Below are positions 60,939 to 64,000 of a DNA stretch of 64,000 bases, piece by piece. Position numbers and translations under genes: made by a program. The stretch comes from an uncultured Pseudomonadota bacterium (GTDB lineage Bacteria; Pseudomonadota; Alphaproteobacteria; JACZXZ01): contig CAVVLJ010000016.1 of assembly GCA_963749075.1 (NCBI GenBank), positions 288,001 through 352,000 of the forward strand, in the 5' to 3' direction. The notes under the pieces are model-generated. The model did no database searches and was not told the DNA's origin. It saw nothing but the letters and a program-made list of their open reading frames with translations. Position 1 is the stretch's first letter, and each line of letters starts with the position of its first letter.

Positions 60939-61110
60939 CCCCCTCTCCTCCTTCAGGAGGAGAGGGTCGGGGTGAGGAGGTGGCTCCGTTAGGCACATCA
61001 TCGGCCACAGCAGCGCGTGAGCGCCCGGCCTCCTCACCTTCCCATCCCCCCGGGACGAAGCGCCCGGGGGTCGCGATGGGCCCCTTCCTCTCCTCCTGAA
61101 GGAGGAGAGG
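60939..61110. repeat. Composite REP-like element
   Basis: CCTCTCCTCCTTCAGGAGGAGAGG and inverted CCTCTCCTCCTGAAGGAGGAGAGG hairpins. Confidence 0.7.
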
Positions 61111-61158
61111 AACGATACCGCGTCTCCTCCTGCGCAAACCAAAACTCACAGTGCCCGG

Positions 61159-61188
61159 TTGCCAAGGCCGGGTGCGGCGGGATATAAC
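61159..61188 (+). promoter_or_regulatory. Sigma70-like promoter of tRNA-Pro
   Basis: TTGCCA-N18-TATAAC followed by a GC-rich discriminator. Confidence 0.6.
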
Positions 61189-61200
61189 CCCGCCTCGCGC

Positions 61201-61277
61201 CGGGGAGTAGCTCAGCCTGGTAGAGCACCACGTTCGGGACGTGGGGGCCGGAGGTTCGAATCCTCTCTCCCCGACCA
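61201..61277 (+). tRNA. tRNA-Pro(CGG), copy 1
   Basis: 77-nt cloverleaf; anticodon arm CCACG-TTCGGGA-CGTGG; GGTTCGAATCC; encoded CCA. Confidence 0.97.
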
Positions 61278-61318
61278 AACGGCGCGCAAATATCGACTTC
61301 TCCCCACCGCGATCCTCC

Positions 61319-61810
61319 TCACTTGCGCTTTGCCCGAGGCACTCGCCGAACTGCCGGCCTCCGCTCGGCATGTGCAGGCTGCCCCTTGGCATTCCGCGCC
61401 GCGCGCCCGGCGCGAGCCGTTCCGGCGGCGGCACTTGCGATGCGATAGGGCTTGATCAGGCTCTCGGCCGGGATGCCCCATTCGCGGCTGAGCTTCCAAA
61501 TTGCTGCGATCGTGAGGGGACGCTTGCGGTTGAGGATCTCGGAGGCGCGCGAGCGCGAGCCGATCAGCCTGGCGAAGTCGGCCTGCCGGCGCCCGGCGAG
61601 CCGCATGCTGTACTTGATGGCTTCGACCGGGTCGGGCGGGTCGATCGCCCAGCGCTTGCGCTCATAGTCCTCGATCACGAGCGCCAGGAGGTCGAAGCGG
61701 TCGCCCTCCGGCGTGCCGGGCTCCGGCTCGTGCTCGAAGTAGCGCTCGATCTCCTTGAGTGCTGCGTCATAGTCCGCTTCGGACTTGAGCGGGCGAATTT
61801 CAGTCGACAT
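61319..61810 (-). CDS. higA: HigA-type HTH antitoxin
   Basis: IRPLKSEADYDAAL...GTPEGDRFDLL..IEDYE...PDPVEAI...SEILNRKRPL. Confidence 0.88.
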   Translation of the reverse strand: MSTEIRPLKSEADYDAALKEIERYFEHEPEPGTPEGDRFDLLALVIEDYERKRWAIDPPDPVEAIKYSMRLAGRRQADFARLIGSRSRASEILNRKRPLTIAAIWKLSREWGIPAESLIKPYRIASAAAGTARAGRAARNAKGQPAHAERRPAVRRVPRAKRK

Positions 61811-62105
61811 CCACCGTCTCCGGGTCAATTTCGTCATAGGCGTCGTGCCGGCCGACGAACTTGACCAGCACGCGGCGAAAGCGGTAGGCGACGTGGACGA
61901 CGAGCCGGTACTTGTTCCCGGCGATGTCGAAGATGAGCCGGTTGTCCGCGATGAAGTCGACCGTGGCACCGAACTGGGCCTTCACATCGGCCGGCGTCGC
62001 CCGTTCTGATGCCTTGACCGCCGCGTACCATGTTCCAAGCGGCGTCTCCGCCTGCGGGTCATCCGCCCAGAACCGCTTGAGCGTGCGGAGCGCGATGATC
62101 TGCAT
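61800..62105 (-). CDS. higB: HigB-type mRNA interferase toxin
   Basis: IIALRTLKRFW...WY...NRLIFDIAGNKYRLVV...FVG.H..YD. Confidence 0.9.
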   Translation of the reverse strand: MQIIALRTLKRFWADDPQAETPLGTWYAAVKASERATPADVKAQFGATVDFIADNRLIFDIAGNKYRLVVHVAYRFRRVLVKFVGRHDAYDEIDPETVDVD

Positions 62106-62205
62106 GACGCCCATATATCACGTTCCATGTTTGGGAACAATGGTCGGCATGCACTCGAGCGCCCTGATCAGCTGCGCAAGGCCAAGCGGAGAGAGAGGAC
62201 TGCCT

Positions 62206-62521
62206 ATGACCGCGCGAAAGCCCCGTAAGCCCCCCCACGTTGCCCGGCGCGATTGGGACGCCGTCGAACTCGCCGCCGCTCAGCGAGGCGATGCTCGCGA
62301 CGATGCGCCCCGTGAGCGAGGCGTCACCCGAGCTCATCGCACTTGAGAGGCGGCGCGGCCGGCCGAAGCTCGAGGCGCCTAAGCAGGCGATCAAGATCAG
62401 GCTGTCACAGGACGTGCTTGCCGGCTTCCGCGCGACCGGTCCCGGCTGGCAGACCCGGATCAACGATGCGCTGCGGCAATGGCTCAAGCGGCGGACGGGC
62501 GCCACGGCTCTCAGATCTTGA
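62206..62521 (+). CDS. brnA: BrnA-family antitoxin; one extra base at ~62268
   Basis: DWDAV(D)SPPLSE after repair; RGRPK...KQAIKIRLSQDVL..FRATGPGWQTRINDALR. Confidence 0.82.
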
Positions 62522-62575
62522 AGGCAAGGGCCCATGGGATCGCGGATGATCACCCTTGAAGAGGAGGCCGCGCGG

Positions 62576-62652
62576 CGGGGAGTAGCTCAGCCTGGTAGAG
62601 CACCACGTTCGGGACGTGGGGGCCGGAGGTTCGAATCCTCTCTCCCCGACCA
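62576..62652 (+). tRNA. tRNA-Pro(CGG), copy 2
   Basis: Identical over all 77 nt to copy 1, including CCA. Confidence 0.96.
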
Positions 62653-62936
62653 AGCGGCGCAATTTTTCCCTATAGAGCAATTGCCGAGGGCTTTTGCGGT
62701 CATCTATCCGCTCCGGCAGCCCGGGCACCCGAGCTGTGACGGCGGGCCCCCGGGGTGCGCCTCAAGCGGCAGGCGCCTCGACCGAACCCGGCCTTGGCGC
62801 GCGAGCCGCTGAGCGGGCCAGAGAGAACGTCACGCCGAGTGGGCTCAGAGCTGCGACCGCGCAAGCCGCCGGGGCAGGTGAAGGCAACGTGCGAGCCGCG
62901 CTCGACAGCAACTGCGGGCAGCCGTAGAGTAGTGTC

Positions 62937-63164
62937 ATGGCTGAGGCACCTGAAAGCCTCGTTTTGACCTTCCTGCGGCGCCTCGACGAGAAGGTCGACC
63001 GGGTGCTCGGCGATATCGCGGACTTGAAGCACCGCATGACCTCGCTCGAGGGTCAGATGGCGGGCGTGCGGAGCGACATGGCCGGCATGTCCGGGCGTAT
63101 CGACCGTATCGAGGTCCGGCTAGACCGGATCGAGCGCCGCCTCGAGCTTCTGCCGGCTTCCTAA
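62937..63164 (+). CDS. Small coiled-coil hypothetical protein
   Basis: Heptad pattern LRRLDEKVDRV...RIDRIEVRLDRIERRL. Confidence 0.7.
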   Translation: MAEAPESLVLTFLRRLDEKVDRVLGDIADLKHRMTSLEGQMAGVRSDMAGMSGRIDRIEVRLDRIERRLELLPAS

Positions 63165-63398
63165 AGCACGGCTGCGGACGTTGCGCCCTCGGGGTGGCGG
63201 CCCGCTATGGTCTCGATTTCCTGAAGGATCACGCCCATGGCCGCGTGCGCAGGGCCCTCCACCCAGGTTCGCCGCCAAGGCCTGATCTGCCGCGTCGAAG
63301 TCCAGCTCGCCCGCATCGAGGATGCCATGCAGCGGATCACGCGAGCGCAGGTCGAGGCCGGCAAGGTCGAGATAAGCGGTATCGTCACGGGGAAGCGC

Positions 63399-63692
63399 AT
63401 GCGGCCGGTTCCGCCTGGCGAGATCCTGCTCGAGGAGTTCATGAAACCCGTCGGGCTCAGCGCGAATGCGCTTGCCCTAGCACTCCGGGTGCCCACCACC
63501 CGCATCGGCGCCATCATCCGCAAGGAGAGCCCGCGCTCCATCACCGCCGATACCGCCATGCGGCTCGGGCGCTACTTCGGCAGCTCGGCTGAATTCTGGC
63601 TCAATCTGCAAACCCATTACGACCTCGAGGGCGCGCGCCGCCAAAACGGCAAGGCGATCGAGCGCGACGTGCGGCGGCGCGAGGCGGCATAG
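63399..63692 (+). CDS. higA: HigA/VapI family addiction-module antitoxin (orphan)
   Basis: PGEILLEEFMKP.GLS..ALA...SITADTAMRLGRYFG.SAEFWLNLQ..YDL; start uncertain. Confidence 0.85.
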   Translation: MRPVPPGEILLEEFMKPVGLSANALALALRVPTTRIGAIIRKESPRSITADTAMRLGRYFGSSAEFWLNLQTHYDLEGARRQNGKAIERDVRRREAA

Positions 63693-63801
63693 CGCGCTCT
63701 ACGGACGGACGGCGCTCGTCGGCGCGCTCGCGGCCCCGTATCCGGTATCCGCTGGAGAGCATATTAGCATCTACCGACCCACCCGCCTCCAAGGAGCCGC
63801 G

Positions 63802-64000
63802 ATGCGCGTGATCGGCCTCATGCTCTCTTGCCTCCTCCTTGCGAGCTGCGCCGCCTCCGAGCCGGCAGCTCAGGCGCCGGCGGCGCGCGCCGCGGCCGTG
63901 CTTCCCCCCGACCTCAAGGAGTGGGGCGATACCGAGATCTGCCGGGCGGCCGCGCGGGCGCCGGACCGCGAGGTGCTTGCCGAGGCGGCGCGGCGCGGGC
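63802..64000 (+). CDS. Putative lipoprotein (partial, runs off the window)
   Basis: MRVIGLMLSCLLLASC lipobox. Confidence 0.5.
   Translation, partial: MRVIGLMLSCLLLASCAASEPAAQAPAARAAAVLPPDLKEWGDTEICRAAARAPDREVLAEAARRG

Noticed and set aside
62700-62930. Possible structured ncRNA after the second tRNA
   Set aside because: GC-rich with a short repeat (GAGCTG(T/C)GAC) but no recognisable family features; needs an Rfam/covariation search
1-64000. CRISPR array, rRNA, prophage or integrase
   Set aside because: No regularly spaced repeat-spacer array, rRNA signatures, cas, phage structural or recombinase genes were seen

Overview
GC-rich alphaproteobacterial DNA, judged from a MucR/Ros gene, an alpha-type XRE regulator, cytochrome c2 and C-rich/G-rich REP-like palindromes. 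The window has two parts. (1) About 1-44.6 kb is a mosaic accessory region with three ABC-transporter-linked catabolic clusters, a MucR/XRE pair, an intact IS5-family element and gene remnants, ending in a candidate transposon end inside a REP-like element at ~44.6 kb. The most unusual cluster (22.3-37.5 kb) combines a polyamine-type ABC importer, two CoA ligases, a fused CaiB-type CoA-transferase, an amidohydrolase, two flavin amine oxidases and two tandem Kal/Acl-like aminoacyl-CoA ammonia-lyase homologues. (2) About 44.7-64 kb looks chromosomal: acyl-CoA dehydrogenase, ubiX/mlaC/ubiD-family, TrpB2, a LuxO-like regulator convergent with an Hpt-containing hybrid kinase, DUF62 SAM hydrolase, DUF6969, cytochrome c2, a thioesterase/RidA/dioxygenase trio, and two identical full-length tRNA-Pro(CGG) genes bracketing a toxin-antitoxin cassette. 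Three apparent frameshifts all fall on GANTC sites and may be methylation-linked sequencing errors. All family calls are from motif recognition by eye; no database searches were run.
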